A DNA stretch of 63,854 bases, filler included. It is 4 parts of 4 records of this genome, joined end to end, with 100 filler letters (N's around TTAATTAATTAA, not from the genome) between each part and the next. Parts side by side here need not be neighbours in the genome. Positions count along the whole stretch, not along the records: positions 1 to 22,088 come from SRR20825019_2217; positions 22,189 to 30,087 come from SRR20825019_2220; positions 30,188 to 57,727 come from SRR20825019_2221; 1 more part is not named here. One strand, given 5' to 3'. How positions within the stretch are numbered: the first letter of the stretch is position 1; every line of letters begins with the position of its first letter. Positions 20,320 to 32,457 of this stretch are shown here, piece after piece. Under the pieces are notes generated by a model that was not told the origin of the DNA, searched no databases, and saw only the letters and a list, made by a program, of their open reading frames with translations. A program made the position numbers and the translations under genes.

Positions 20320-20679
20320 TTAATTGCGTTTTCGTTTTTTCTTAGGTTTATATGCCTTGAGGGCCGCGTCTATGGCGGCGCGTGCCCATTCCAGAAACAA
20401 CTCTGGGTCCTCCAGTATGTCCGTCGGGACCTCCCAGTAACTGCCGACGGTGACCTCGCCTTTCTTCGTGCTGTAGCTGAACGGCGCGCTGCCGCGTTCC
20501 TCGAAAGCCGGTCGATTCCGGTCGTCCACGCGGAAATAGGGCAGGTCTCCAAGCAGCAGGGCGAAATTCACCTCACCGTATTTGATGCCATAGCCGCCGA
20601 ACATGCGGTGCGCGCGTATGTCGCCCAGCGGCTCCAGCATCCCAGTGATGAAGTCCGCGAACTCTTTCGATGCGGCCAT
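20320..20679 (-). CDS. TfoX/Sxy N-terminal domain protein
   Basis: RMFGGYGI, PFSY, SYWEVPTDILED, EWARAA. Confidence 0.88.
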   Translation of the reverse strand: MAASKEFADFITGMLEPLGDIRAHRMFGGYGIKYGEVNFALLLGDLPYFRVDDRNRPAFEERGSAPFSYSTKKGEVTVGSYWEVPTDILEDPELFLEWARAAIDAALKAYKPKKKRKRN

Positions 20680-20957
20680 GTCTGCTTCCTGTTTTTTTTG
20701 TTCCCTTATTGTTCTTGTTTGTGGAGGTGTTGGCAAGACCGGACGACATCATATTCAGGTGAGATGCCAAGCGGGTCTTCAAGCGGGATGCAGCCATGCA
20801 ATCCAGCGCTTGTTTCGCGCTGCAATATAAGTATGTTAGCGCCGAGTCATTTTGACACTGCCGGGCCTGAACCGCCCTGGGCTAAATCAACGCAGATTTG
20901 CACGCCTGGCACCGCGCCGTAATAGCGGCGCGCGGCGGACCTGTTCGGAGTCGTTCC

Positions 20958-22088
<1,131 letters not shown>

Positions 22089-22188
22089 NNNNNNNNNNNN
22101 NNNNNNNNNNNNNNNNNNNNNNNNNNNNNNNNTTAATTAATTAANNNNNNNNNNNNNNNNNNNNNNNNNNNNNNNNNNNNNNNNNNNN
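22089..22188. other. Artificial contig linker
   Basis: N-run + TTAATTAATTAA (stops in all six frames) + N-run. Confidence 0.98.
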
Positions 22189-22920
22189 CGCCGGTCACCC
22201 GGACCCAGGTCTGAAACAGGCCGCCGCCCGGCCGGCACCGGGCTCCCCCGGGCCGGCGCGGACGTCCGTCAGTTGGCGCACTACCAACCCCCGAATGGGG
22301 AGCACAATACTCCACACAAACTGAAAAAACTTCGGTCCGGCTTGGAAGTGCGGCGGAGTCCGGCGAGCCCGCGAGGCGATCGTCGAAGGACCTCCGGCTC
22401 GTCGATCGCAGGCTGACCGTGACGCGCGGTCCGCCGGGCCGTATGATGCAGTCCGGCGAGGCGCCGGCGGGCGGTCGCCAGCGGGGCGCGCCCCTCAAGA
22501 ACAGCCGAGTCGTCCTCCTCGCAGTCGCCGACGGCGCGGCCCTCCGTCGGTCAGGCTGTGGGCCACCTCACCACCTGCGCCGCGGCATCCGACCATCCAG
22601 TCGTGTGTGCCGAGAACCGTGGATCGCCGGCGCATCGCGGCCGGCCCCCGGCCAGTCGCCCGGCCGAGTCAGTGGCGGGGGCTCAGCTCCCTCATTGGCC
22701 TAGCCACCAGTGTGCGCACCAGCACTGCAAAACAAACACGACTCACAAACTTGCGCAGCCCGGTCGTCCCAGCCTGGACCGAAAAGAGTCGGCTTTCTCC
22801 TGAGCCAATACACCAGCGAAAAGAAGCGATTCTTGCGGTTATGCAGCAATGGTCTCGCCACACAACACAACGAAATGACTTATATATCCCACTACCAGCT
22901 TTTACATAACAGCCAGCAAA

Positions 22921-23731
22921 ATGTTGTCAAACATCTCCGCTCTTGCCCGCGGCGTCGTGGCCGCCCCCGCTCGCCAGGTGAAGTTCACGACTTGATTTCT
23001 TCTTGAGTGGCTGACTTATTGAATTTTGTCTGAAGGCTGCTCGCGCCAGCTCTGTGCGTCTCATGAGTGACGACCCTCTCGCCGGCACTCAGACCCACGA
23101 GAATCTTCGCTCTGCTTTCTCTGGCGAATCCATGGTACGACGGTTCTGTTTTTCTGCTTTCTGTGCTAAGTTGCTCAACAGGCCAACCGCCGCTACCTTT
23201 ACTACGCCCTCAAGGCCGACGTCGAGGGATACAACGATGTCGCTGCTGTCTTCCGCTCCACTGCTGAGGGCGAGACCGGACACGCCCACGGCCACATGGT
23301 GCGATGATTCCCTGTTTCCAAATAATTTCTGCTCATTGTTTTTTCTCTTTTCTATACCTTTTTGCTTTGATATGCCAGGAGTTCCTTGAGGATGTCGGTG
23401 ACCCCGCCACTGGCCAGCCATTCTCCACTACCGAGGACTGCCTCCGTTCCTCTATTGAGGGCGAGACCTACGAGTATGCTTGCACCGTAACTTCAAAGTC
23501 TGTTGGTGTCTGACGGCCGTGCAGGTATACCGAAATGTACCCTGGCATGGCCAAGACCGCCCGCGAGGAGGGCTTCGATGATATTGCTGACTGGTTTGAT
23601 ACTCTCGCTAAGGTATTTTTAATTGGTCTTATATGAGTACATTGACTGAACCGGCGCTCTCTCTGTCTCTCCAGGCTGAGAAGTCCCATGCCAACCGTTT
23701 CAAGAAGGCCCTGGACAACCTCGACGCCTAA
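22921..23731 (+). CDS. Eukaryotic spliced short-chain rubrerythrin (170 aa) with N-terminal presequence; exons 22921-22977, 23036-23134, 23182-23298, 23379-23473, 23525-23612, 23675-23731
   Basis: Five GT-AG introns of 47-80 nt; spliced product contains [56 protein letters not shown]. Confidence 0.9.
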
Positions 23732-23806
23732 GCGTACTCAGGTTTGTGTGACGACACAGCAATAAAATATGCGCATCAGCACCACTCGCGGTGTCTCTTG
23801 GACCAG

Positions 23807-26800
23807 TCAAGTTCCTTCAAGCTGCTTCTCAACATAGTTCATCTGTAGCCCTAACCTTTTCAACTCGTTCAGGATCTCCCCTAGTGCCTTGGTCTTGTCG
23901 CCTACGTCCATCTTCACAAACCACATATTAGCACGACAACCTTAGGGCACACCTCCCCTCTTACCGCATCGACAACTGACTCAGCTTGCTTGGGATTCAT
24001 CTTGATAAGGCTAGAAACCATTTCCGAGTATTCCCCTTGCCCCTTCCCGGTGGCGGAACGCGATCCCGAAGACAGTTGCCTCAATTCTGTCTGCACCCGT
24101 TCAATCACAGTTAACAGCCCGTGCCGATAGTCAATATTGCTAACAAACCTGCGCGTATTTCAAGTCATTTGTGACAGACTGTTCGGGGGCTTTGTTCAAC
24201 ATGTCACAAGCAAGTACACCTTCCAGCGACATCCGTTCTTTCGGGTCATAACTTGAACAAGTATGTTTCAGCACATGCTTCATCACGCCGAAAAAGCAGG
24301 CTCACCTCAATAACGACACAACCACGTCAACCAGCTCCTTGCTCCACATCTTCTTCATGCCTCGCTCCTCGAGAAGTTTCGGCACTGCCTTCTTACGATG
24401 TTTCTGGGTCCAAGAAGGCATATGAGCATTTCGGTGGAGTAAAAGTGCAGTATTACTGATACCTCTACGCGCTGATACATGTATGGTGATATGCTATAAA
24501 GCGGAAGCTGCAATAACATCTCCAAGACAATACATCCCAAGGCCCACACATCCGTTGCCGCCGAGAAATCTTGAGGATCTGTCAGCACCTTCCATCATCC
24601 ATGCCACATTGTACAGACCTTCCCCTTGCACAAGTTCGGGAGCCCAATATGCTATGGTACCACCAACTGCCTTCTGATCCGAGTCACGCAGGAGCCTGGC
24701 AAGTCCAAAATCCCCAAGCTTGACTGCTCTCTGTGTCATCAGGACGTTCAACGACTTCAAATCCCGATGGAGAATGCCCTGTAATCACTTAAATTAGACC
24801 TTCGTGCCAGACGCAACAACCATGATCATGACCTTCTTGTGACAATGGTCCAGTGCGCTGGCAAGCTGCTTGGTCCAAACCAAGACTTCTGTTTCCAGGG
24901 GCCGGTGTGTCAATGAAGCCAAATACGCCTTAAGACTGGTGCCCTCGCAATACTCGGTCACTGAGGGAGAACGATATAAATTGTGTCCGTTGGCACCAGT
25001 AGCGTCCTTACCAATGTTGACGTAGTAGCATTCGTTCACCTGGTGGATAAATGACTTCATCACACGCAAAACATACGGGTGCTCCAGACGATACAAGGAC
25101 ACTGCCTCATCGTTGGCCTAGGCGGTAATCGGTCAGCGATTCACAGTCATCACAACCCCATTTTCCTACATGATTCACTGCTTGCACATCATCACAGCGA
25201 ATCTGCTTCAAAGCGCAGATCATGTTCCTGCGGTCTTTCACCTGCACGAAGAAATTTTCAATAAGCAATAGAAGGGACCACCCCATGAACGACATCGCAA
25301 CTAACCTGATAGACCTGACCTTGGCCTCCCCTACCCAGTACCTTAATAACAGTGTAACCTCCCACTTTTTCTCCATTGCCGAGCTCTCCAACTCGCCCCG
25401 ATGACCCCTGCGCGCTCATACCGCTAATCCGCTCTCGTACCTGGAAACAGTCAGAACATACATCACCAGAAACTCAGCAATTACCTCAGTCATAATGATG
25501 ATTGCGGCACCAGGGGGTACACCGGCTTCCTTCAGAACGTTTTCATCAATGTGTGGTAGAGCACTGTCCCGAATCTCAGCAGTTTTGAACTTCCTCATAT
25601 GCTGTTTCATGTTTGTTCTCCGTAAAATATCTTCGACTTCTCTATATTCTTTAGACCCGGAGCTCGAAAGCAATGACGTGCTCGATTTCCGTGATTTCGG
25701 TGAAAGTTTGGGCGACCGTGATACATTGCTCCTAGGTGAATCCATAGAGGTTTCTCCTATCCCAGGTCGCAAACCCAGTAAATACTTATTTCACGGTATT
25801 AGTAGAACTACTCACCCTCTGCCGCCCCGGCTGGTGTCTCGGGCTCATCATAGTCGCCCCACCACTTCTTGGCTTCATCGATTGCATCAATCCATGCATT
25901 TCGCCCAGTAGAGGTCGTGTCACTCAAAACAAATATCTTCTGCTTGGATACAACCTTAAAAAGAAACCTTTTCAACATGTCAGAATGGTCTCTATGCCGG
26001 CATGACGTTGGGATGAGTATACCTATTTGCACTTGATCCTAGTTGCTGGCAGCGACATTGTCGAGCATCAATGTGCAGCTTCGGCTCCATATCCTCATTT
26101 GATCTATAGTAATCAAAATGACCACTACAAATAAAAAAGTACCGCATGTTCCACTTCCAAACACGATGCTTGCTCTTCTTGAGTAGAAAGCCGGACCGAA
26201 TCACATCATTTGTCATCATTTCACCTTTAGGCGGGGAATCTTGTCCGACACTGAGAGAGATTAAGGCATTTGGTTTAGGAGGCTTGGCCACCTGATTGTT
26301 CTTCCCCGTGGCTACCGTAGGATACACCTTTGTGGCACCTTCTTCACCTTGTCTATTTGGTCCAAAATTTCCCTTTTCAGTCTTTAACATTGGACTGGGC
26401 AACCAAGATGCTTTCATTTTTGAGTCACCATAATAAGTGGACACGCTTTCACCGTCATTTTGACCTACAAAAGAAGGAATGATTAAATGAGCCAAATAGC
26501 CGGCAGGAGGAATCTTACTATATTGAGAAAGGTGAAGGCCCATTTGCTTCGCAGACTTAGCGGAGGCCACGTTTGTGTTTGCGGCCTTTGCGTTACTCGA
26601 TATGGGCACTGGTCGGGAAGGACTCTCGGTCATAAGTAGGTTGAGACCTGACGGGCTTTGAGTGACAGGAGTGCTGGGAAGGGATGATGCCGCGCCAGCT
26701 CTCGACTTGGACGAAGGGCGGTCGGCCAGAGGCGAGGCCGTTGATGCAAACGGCGGCCTCGATGTCGACCCGCCCCCCATGCTGAATCTTTTTGACGTTG

Positions 26801-28029
26801 TATGTGGCCGCGAATACATCTGGAAAACTTTCGTAAGCATTCTCAAAGCTACGGGGGCTATCCAACCAATACACATACAGCGACATCCTCACTGTCTCCC
26901 TTCTCATCCACATTGGACTGAATCCTCCGATGCCATAAAGATTCTGCAGAGCCTGCGCGCATATCTGTGCTTAGACCAGGCGGGTTCGCCTTTTTCTTCC
27001 CCTTGGCATTTCTCAAATTATCTGCAGACCCGTGCCTCATGAGGTCAAACTCCGAGCTGATATAACCTTGAGACAGACGCCCCATCTTCATATTCATTCA
27101 CATTCACCTTGCTTTCAGAACAGGCCCCTCGGGCATAGGAGCCTTCATTTTGTTCTTTTTCTTCTCTAAACGCTTTTGCTGACGAGTTAACGGTGGTGCC
27201 TTATCCCCATCCATCCACTTTGCTAATGCATGGGCAGCTTTCATATTCAACCTCGACTGTAGCAAAGTTAGAAATCCTATCCGGCGAGTGCATGAACACA
27301 CGGACCTGCGCAATCTGCCGTGGGGTTCTGCCATCTCGTGTGAGAACATCGCCCTCAGCTCCACGGAAGAGCAGGTATTGCACAAGGTCGGCCTTTCCAC
27401 AGTACGCGGCTTCGTGCAGGGGGGTCATGCCCATTTCTAAGATATAACATTAGCAACAGCTCTAACACGGCACTTGGACTTCCCACCATCATCCTTCTGG
27501 CGGTGGTCGGCGCCATAATCCACCAGCAACTGCAATGTATCGACATTACCCTGTTTTGAGCAGGCATGATGCAAAACTCCACGGCCTATTCCATCAGTGG
27601 ACATCACGTCTGCCCCGTGACCTAACAGCACCTTGCAAGCTTCGAGCCGGCCACTCCCTGCTGCCCAAGCCAGTGGCGACGCGCCAAACTAGGGGAAGCC
27701 AATGGTTATCTAACAAAGCAAGACACTACATAACGAAGGAGCGCACCTGATCTCGCGCATCTGGAAAGGCTCCTTTTTCCAGTAGGATGGTGCACAGCTT
27801 GGAGTTTCCTCGCTTTGCCGCCCAGTGAAGAGCAGTGCATCCATCCTAAAATGGGATAAGTCAGCTGTGGCGCAAAAGCTAACCGCAGCAGGCTTACCAC
27901 AGAATGGTTGGGGTCAGCACCACGCTCTAGTGCACTCTTCGCCCAGGTGACGTCCCCAATGCGAGAAGCATAGTTCAACTCGGTATGTTTGTCAACGGTA
28001 TTCTTGCCGTCTGGATTCTGCCCGGACAT
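23807..28029 (-). CDS. Eukaryotic spliced multidomain Ser/Thr kinase: ankyrin repeats, low-complexity linker, PH, SAM-like, NEK-like kinase (about 20 exons; internal boundaries partly approximate)
   Basis: Ankyrin DGCTALHWAAKRG, GASPLAWAA, GMTPLHEAA; PH RSGFLLKK...RNAWIDAI; kinase VLGRGGQG, ALKQI, HRDLKSLN, DFG, APE, DVWALGC, joined by GT-AG introns. Confidence 0.85.
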
Positions 28030-29010
28030 TGCAACAAATAACACCCTAGGACACTAGATGGCCATGTCTCCTTCAGTTAACACGTGCAGGCAGTGGCGAT
28101 GGCGATACAAATACCTCAAAAACCACCTCGAGTTCCTGTCCGGCCCCCGAAAGAGGATGTCTAAAGTTGTTTGCTTTGTGTGCGACGGCCGCCGTGACGC
28201 CGATCTTCAGTCCCAATTAGCGGACGAGCGTCCGGTCCGGTCTTGGTACGGCGCGATGACCTGAAGTCAGCCGCGACCGCACCGTCACGCGGGCCGCCGG
28301 GTCACGCGCAGTCCGGGGCCGAGGGTGACTCTCTGAGGGCCGTTCCCCCGGTGCTCCGCCACTAACAAGGCCCGGGTTGTGGGGGTGGCTCGCCTCCCCA
28401 GCCGCCCGGCCGCCGGCCAGCTGCCGAGCCAGGCCGGGAGGCCGCGCGACCTGACCGGCCGCCCAGACCCGGCGGCCGGGCCGGGGCCGGGGCGGCGCCG
28501 GGCGCCGGCCGGGGCGCCCGCTCACCGCGTGTCCCGGAGCCGCACTCGTCACTCCGGACCCGCCGGCACGCGGCCCTGCCGGACGTCACGGCCGGGCCGG
28601 TCGTCCCCAAGGGGCCGCGCCGCGCCCGGCCGGGCCCCCGGCGCCGCCGCCGCCGGGCCGGCTGGCCGGCGGGCGGCCGCGGCGCGCGCCGGCCCTCAGA
28701 CGGTGACTCGGAATCAATGAATCCGATCAGAAATCCATCCCGGGGCCGTGTGACGGCAGTGCCGCAGCTCGGGAGGACGGGCGTGATGCTAGTGACTGAA
28801 AGTCGTGTGATGCAGTGGCATTTGGTCCGCACTGAGGGCCGGCTCCGTGCCAGCAACCCCGCCCGCCCGGCGCCTCGGCGTTTTACGATCCCCGATGCGC
28901 TTCCGGCCAGCAGCAGACAAAACAGTACAGTGACGGCTATGCGTATTTATTTTTGATCTCTATCCCAACATCCCTATTACAATAAACTACATGATATGTG
29001 TCGCACATGC

Positions 29011-29964
29011 TTATTCGGTCTTCTTGACAGACTTCTTAGAACCCGAGTAGTTCTCCAAGTAGAACTTAACGAAAAGGACCAAGAAGGACAAATACACCGT
29101 GAAGTTGGCACCAAGAGTCCACGGAGCAGAGAAGAAGCCATTCACATAGGTGATGTAAGAGGCATGGCAGAAGATAACAACAAACTGCATGATCTGAGTG
29201 GTGGTTACCAGGTGCTTGACAGAAGACTTGCGGCCAGTGGCGGCGTAGGCGTAGTAGGCGTACTGTCATTCATATTAATATCAAAACAAAATACCGGAAA
29301 AGAATAGCAGTTACCATGATAACGTGAACAAAGCTATTGTAAGCGGCAGTGGTCGAGAACAAAACAGTATCCTCAAAGGGGAGGATGGCCGTCATAAGAG
29401 GAACAGTGGCATGGTGCCAATAGTGCAAGAAAATAATCTTGAGTCCGGGTGTCAGCAACAGTACATAACCACAACTTCAAGTTGACATACATTATGGCCA
29501 CGGAGCATGATGAAGGCAGTGTCCACAAACTCATAGTACTTGGAAACAACAAACACCCAGATCCAGAAACCACTTGAGCCGACAAGGCGGGGAGGAGCCT
29601 TAACGAGACACTCCGAGCCAGTTTCCATGCACACTTCAATCCAGGGAGCAAGGATACCAACGCACATGAAGAGAGAGAGGATGGACAAGAACGAGCTGTG
29701 GATAACAGTCAACCACTTCAACCAAGCCTGGCGAGAGGCATCAGTCTTGGCAGGAGCCATGTTCAACTGCAGTGACTATGAGAAAACGCAAAACTACCGG
29801 GCATGATCACCTACATAAGGCCTGATCGACAAGTAGACCTGAACAAACACCACGTAAATGGTAGAGGCCATAACTGCAAGCCTAGGGTCGGCAAAACCGA
29901 CGTAGGGCTCGTCCAACATGTTGAAGTTGTTGAGGAATGTACGGAACTGCGCGACGGTCTCCAT
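29011..29964 (-). CDS. Eukaryotic spliced ELO/GNS1-SUR4 fatty-acid elongase (266 aa); exons 29964-29815, 29766-29491, 29437-29315, 29262-29011
   Basis: KYYEFVDT, LHYWHH, NSFVHVIMYAYY, TTTQIMQ motifs; C-terminal KKTE ER-retrieval signal; three introns of 48-53 nt. Confidence 0.92.
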
Positions 29965-30087
29965 TACTAAAAGGATTGAAAACTAAAGTGTTCTGATTAC
30001 ACTCTCGCAGTGAGATCACCAACATATAACGTGAGAACCACAACCAACGATGTTAGGGGTGGGAGGGGGGCGGGGGGGGGGGGGGGG

Positions 30088-30187
30088 NNNNNNNNNNNNN
30101 NNNNNNNNNNNNNNNNNNNNNNNNNNNNNNNTTAATTAATTAANNNNNNNNNNNNNNNNNNNNNNNNNNNNNNNNNNNNNNNNNNNN
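30088..30187. other. Artificial contig linker
   Basis: Same N + TTAATTAATTAA + N spacer. Confidence 0.98.
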
Positions 30188-30775
30188 GAGATGCACTTCC
30201 TGCCGGATGTTTATGTGCAGTGTGACCAGTGCAAAGGCAAGCGATACAATCGTGAAACTCTAGAAATTCGCTTTAAAGACAAATCGATATCTGATGTTCT
30301 TGATATGACAGTTGAGGAAGGCGTTGACTTTTTCAAGGCTGTGCCTGCTATCCGCAACAAGCTTGAAATGCTGGATAAGGTTGGCCTGAGTTATATCCGC
30401 GTGGGCCAGCAGGCCACTACCCTTTCAGGCGGTGAAGCCCAGCGGGTGAAACTGGCCAAAGAGCTGTCAAAGCGCTCAACCGGCAAGACGCTCTATATCC
30501 TTGATGAACCCACCACGGGCCTGCACTTCGAGGATGTACGCAAGCTGATGGAAGTGCTGCAAGCACTGGTGGATCAAGGAAATACGGTAGTGGTGATCGA
30601 ACATAACCTGGAGGTTATCAAAACCGCAGACTGGATTTTGGACCTCGGCCCCGAAGGTGGCGATGGCGGCGGCGAGATTGTCGCCACCGGCACGCCCGAG
30701 GATGTTGCCAAGGAACCACGAAGCTACACAGGGCATTATCTTGCTCCTGTGCTGAAACGTCAGGCGGCGGAATAA
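30188..30775 (+). CDS. uvrA: Excinuclease ABC subunit A (C-terminal fragment)
   Basis: [46 protein letters not shown]. Confidence 0.97.
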   Translation, partial: EMHFLPDVYVQCDQCKGKRYNRETLEIRFKDKSISDVLDMTVEEGVDFFKAVPAIRNKLEMLDKVGLSYIRVGQQATTLSGGEAQRVKLAKELSKRSTGKTLYILDEPTTGLHFEDVRKLMEVLQALVDQGNTVVVIEHNLEVIKTADWILDLGPEGGDGGGEIVATGTPEDVAKEPRSYTGHYLAPVLKRQAAE

Positions 30776-30783
30776 GCCCAATG

Positions 30784-30857
30784 CTGTCACTCCCGCGAAA
30801 GCGGGAGTCCAGCATTGGTGGCAGCGGCTGGATGCCCGCCTACGCGGGGCATGACAG
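30784..30857. repeat. REP-like palindromic element, copy 1
   Basis: GTCACTCCCGCGAAAGCGGGAGTCCAG ... CTGGATGCCCGCCTACGCGGGGCATGAC; matches the copy at 41102. Confidence 0.85.
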
Positions 30858-30865
30858 AAGTTTCT

Positions 30866-32332
30866 CTATTGCCCCTCTCCTATTGTTGGGGGCGGCGAAA
30901 GGTCAGGCAACTCAAGCGTGATTACGCTTTTAGGCTGCGGCTTGCCTTCCATAAAGTGGTTGATCGCTTCCTGCACCTCATCTGATGACATAAAGAGGTT
31001 ATGCCCAGCGTTTTCAACGATCACACGGGTCAGGTTTGAGAGGCCTTCTGTGGCTTCCTCCTGCCCTTCGAGATAGGTGCGGCCATCAAGCGTACCGCTG
31101 AACAATAAAACAGGCACATCGCTAACCGGGCCCGCACGGAAGTCATCCCCAAGGTCCAGCTCAGGTGCAATACCATCATAGTGGTAAGTAAAGTTAAGCC
31201 AATCCGCCAGAAGCGCGTCTTTCGCCTGTGTTTTCACCAGATTCCGACGCATATCACTCATGCCAGACGCTACATCCATCAGGTTTGACATGGCATCCAG
31301 TTTGATCGGCTCACCGGGGATAAACCACTGGCCAAGCACCGCCTCAAATGGGGCGACGACACCGTTGTCCATGGCCAGATACATTGCCAGCAGGCGCTTT
31401 ACCCCCCAAGGATCAGAAACAAAAACAGATGCAAGGCGCTGCATGTCCCGCCGGTGGAACAGATAATCCGTCGTGGCACCATCCTCTAGCGTCACATGCA
31501 ACAATACAGGCTCAGCCTCCAGCTTGGCATGAACCCGCCGCATCAGCCCCTTGATATCACCATATACGGCACTGAGGCCCGGTTGCTGGTCCACTACAGC
31601 CTGCAAACGGTCGAAATACCTGTCGGTAAGCGCGGGCAGTTTGATGGTCTGGTCCAGCCCTTCGGCACTTGAAAGCACAACCTTTTCAATCTGGTCACCC
31701 ATTTGTTTGAGTGCTGCAAACGCCAGATGGCTGCCGTAGGATGTGCCCCAAAGCACCACCTTGTCTGCGCCAAGATGCTGCCGAAGTGCATCAATATCCC
31801 AGGCGTTCTCCACCGTGTTATAGCCTTCAACGTCAACACCTTCGGCTTTCCAGAAAGCAAAGCACTCGTCAAATGCCGCGCGTTCTATGGCGATATACTC
31901 AGCGTCAGATATCTTTTTGGTGGGTGGTACAATCTGGCTGGACGTACATTCCGGCAATATGTTCGAAGCCCCGGTGCCGCGCTGGTCAAGCGCGATCACG
32001 TCGCCATAAGCCCGCATGGCCATGAACATCTTGAAGCGGCGATATTTAGCCGTCGCCACGCCAGAGCCACCAGGCCCACCGGCCAGATAGATGATCGGTG
32101 GACCATCATGCTCCCCCGTAGCCGGGAACCGTACATAACTTACCGGGATCATGCGACTATCCGGGTTGTTGCGGTTCTCCTGCACCTGAATACTGCCGCG
32201 GTAGGCGTCAACCGTCGCCCCACCCCTCTCTTCAAACACAAAAGCTTCCTCGCCCGGTGCCGCAATTGCCGTGTTGCCAAGCATAGTAAGGCCCAGCGCT
32301 GCCGTGATCATTTTTTTCATGTCATTCTCCAC
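30866..32332 (-). CDS. Secreted alpha/beta hydrolase (tripeptidyl aminopeptidase/TAP-like); start may be 32320
   Basis: Signal peptide, GGPGGSG, DQRGTG, GTSYG nucleophile, DGRT, AGHN. Confidence 0.88.
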   Translation of the reverse strand: MENDMKKMITAALGLTMLGNTAIAAPGEEAFVFEERGGATVDAYRGSIQVQENRNNPDSRMIPVSYVRFPATGEHDGPPIIYLAGGPGGSGVATAKYRRFKMFMAMRAYGDVIALDQRGTGASNILPECTSSQIVPPTKKISDAEYIAIERAAFDECFAFWKAEGVDVEGYNTVENAWDIDALRQHLGADKVVLWGTSYGSHLAFAALKQMGDQIEKVVLSSAEGLDQTIKLPALTDRYFDRLQAVVDQQPGLSAVYGDIKGLMRRVHAKLEAEPVLLHVTLEDGATTDYLFHRRDMQRLASVFVSDPWGVKRLLAMYLAMDNGVVAPFEAVLGQWFIPGEPIKLDAMSNLMDVASGMSDMRRNLVKTQAKDALLADWLNFTYHYDGIAPELDLGDDFRAGPVSDVPVLLFSGTLDGRTYLEGQEEATEGLSNLTRVIVENAGHNLFMSSDEVQEAINHFMEGKPQPKSVITLELPDLSPPPTIGEGQ

Positions 32333-32387
32333 ATTAAACAGTAACTGAACCCAACATGGAAAATTTCATTCATGTTTTCATGCGCTT

Positions 32388-32421
32388 ATCGGTGAACGGT
32401 CGTGACTGATCTGTCAGCGGT
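32388..32421. promoter_or_regulatory. Putative LytTR operator: imperfect 13-bp direct repeat with 21-bp period
   Basis: ATCGGTGAACGGT (32388) and ATCTGTCAGCGGT (32409), 10 of 13 identical. Confidence 0.65.
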
Positions 32422-32457
32422 ATTGATTTACACGGCTGAAAAGGGGAAAGCTGGGGC

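Noticed and set aside
22133-22144. TTAATTAATTAA repeated three times in the window
   Set aside because: Assembly spacer inside N-runs, not biological
28217-28956. Pro/Arg/Gly-rich ORFs in the GC-rich eukaryotic block
   Set aside because: Expected from stop-codon scarcity at very high GC; no domain features
30057-30087. Poly-G tract as a G-quadruplex
   Set aside because: At the contig end, where poly-G may be a sequencing artefact
22089-30187. Eukaryotic genes apparently embedded in a bacterial chromosome
   Set aside because: The segment is bounded by artificial linkers and both flanking bacterial genes are truncated, so this is concatenation, not gene transfer
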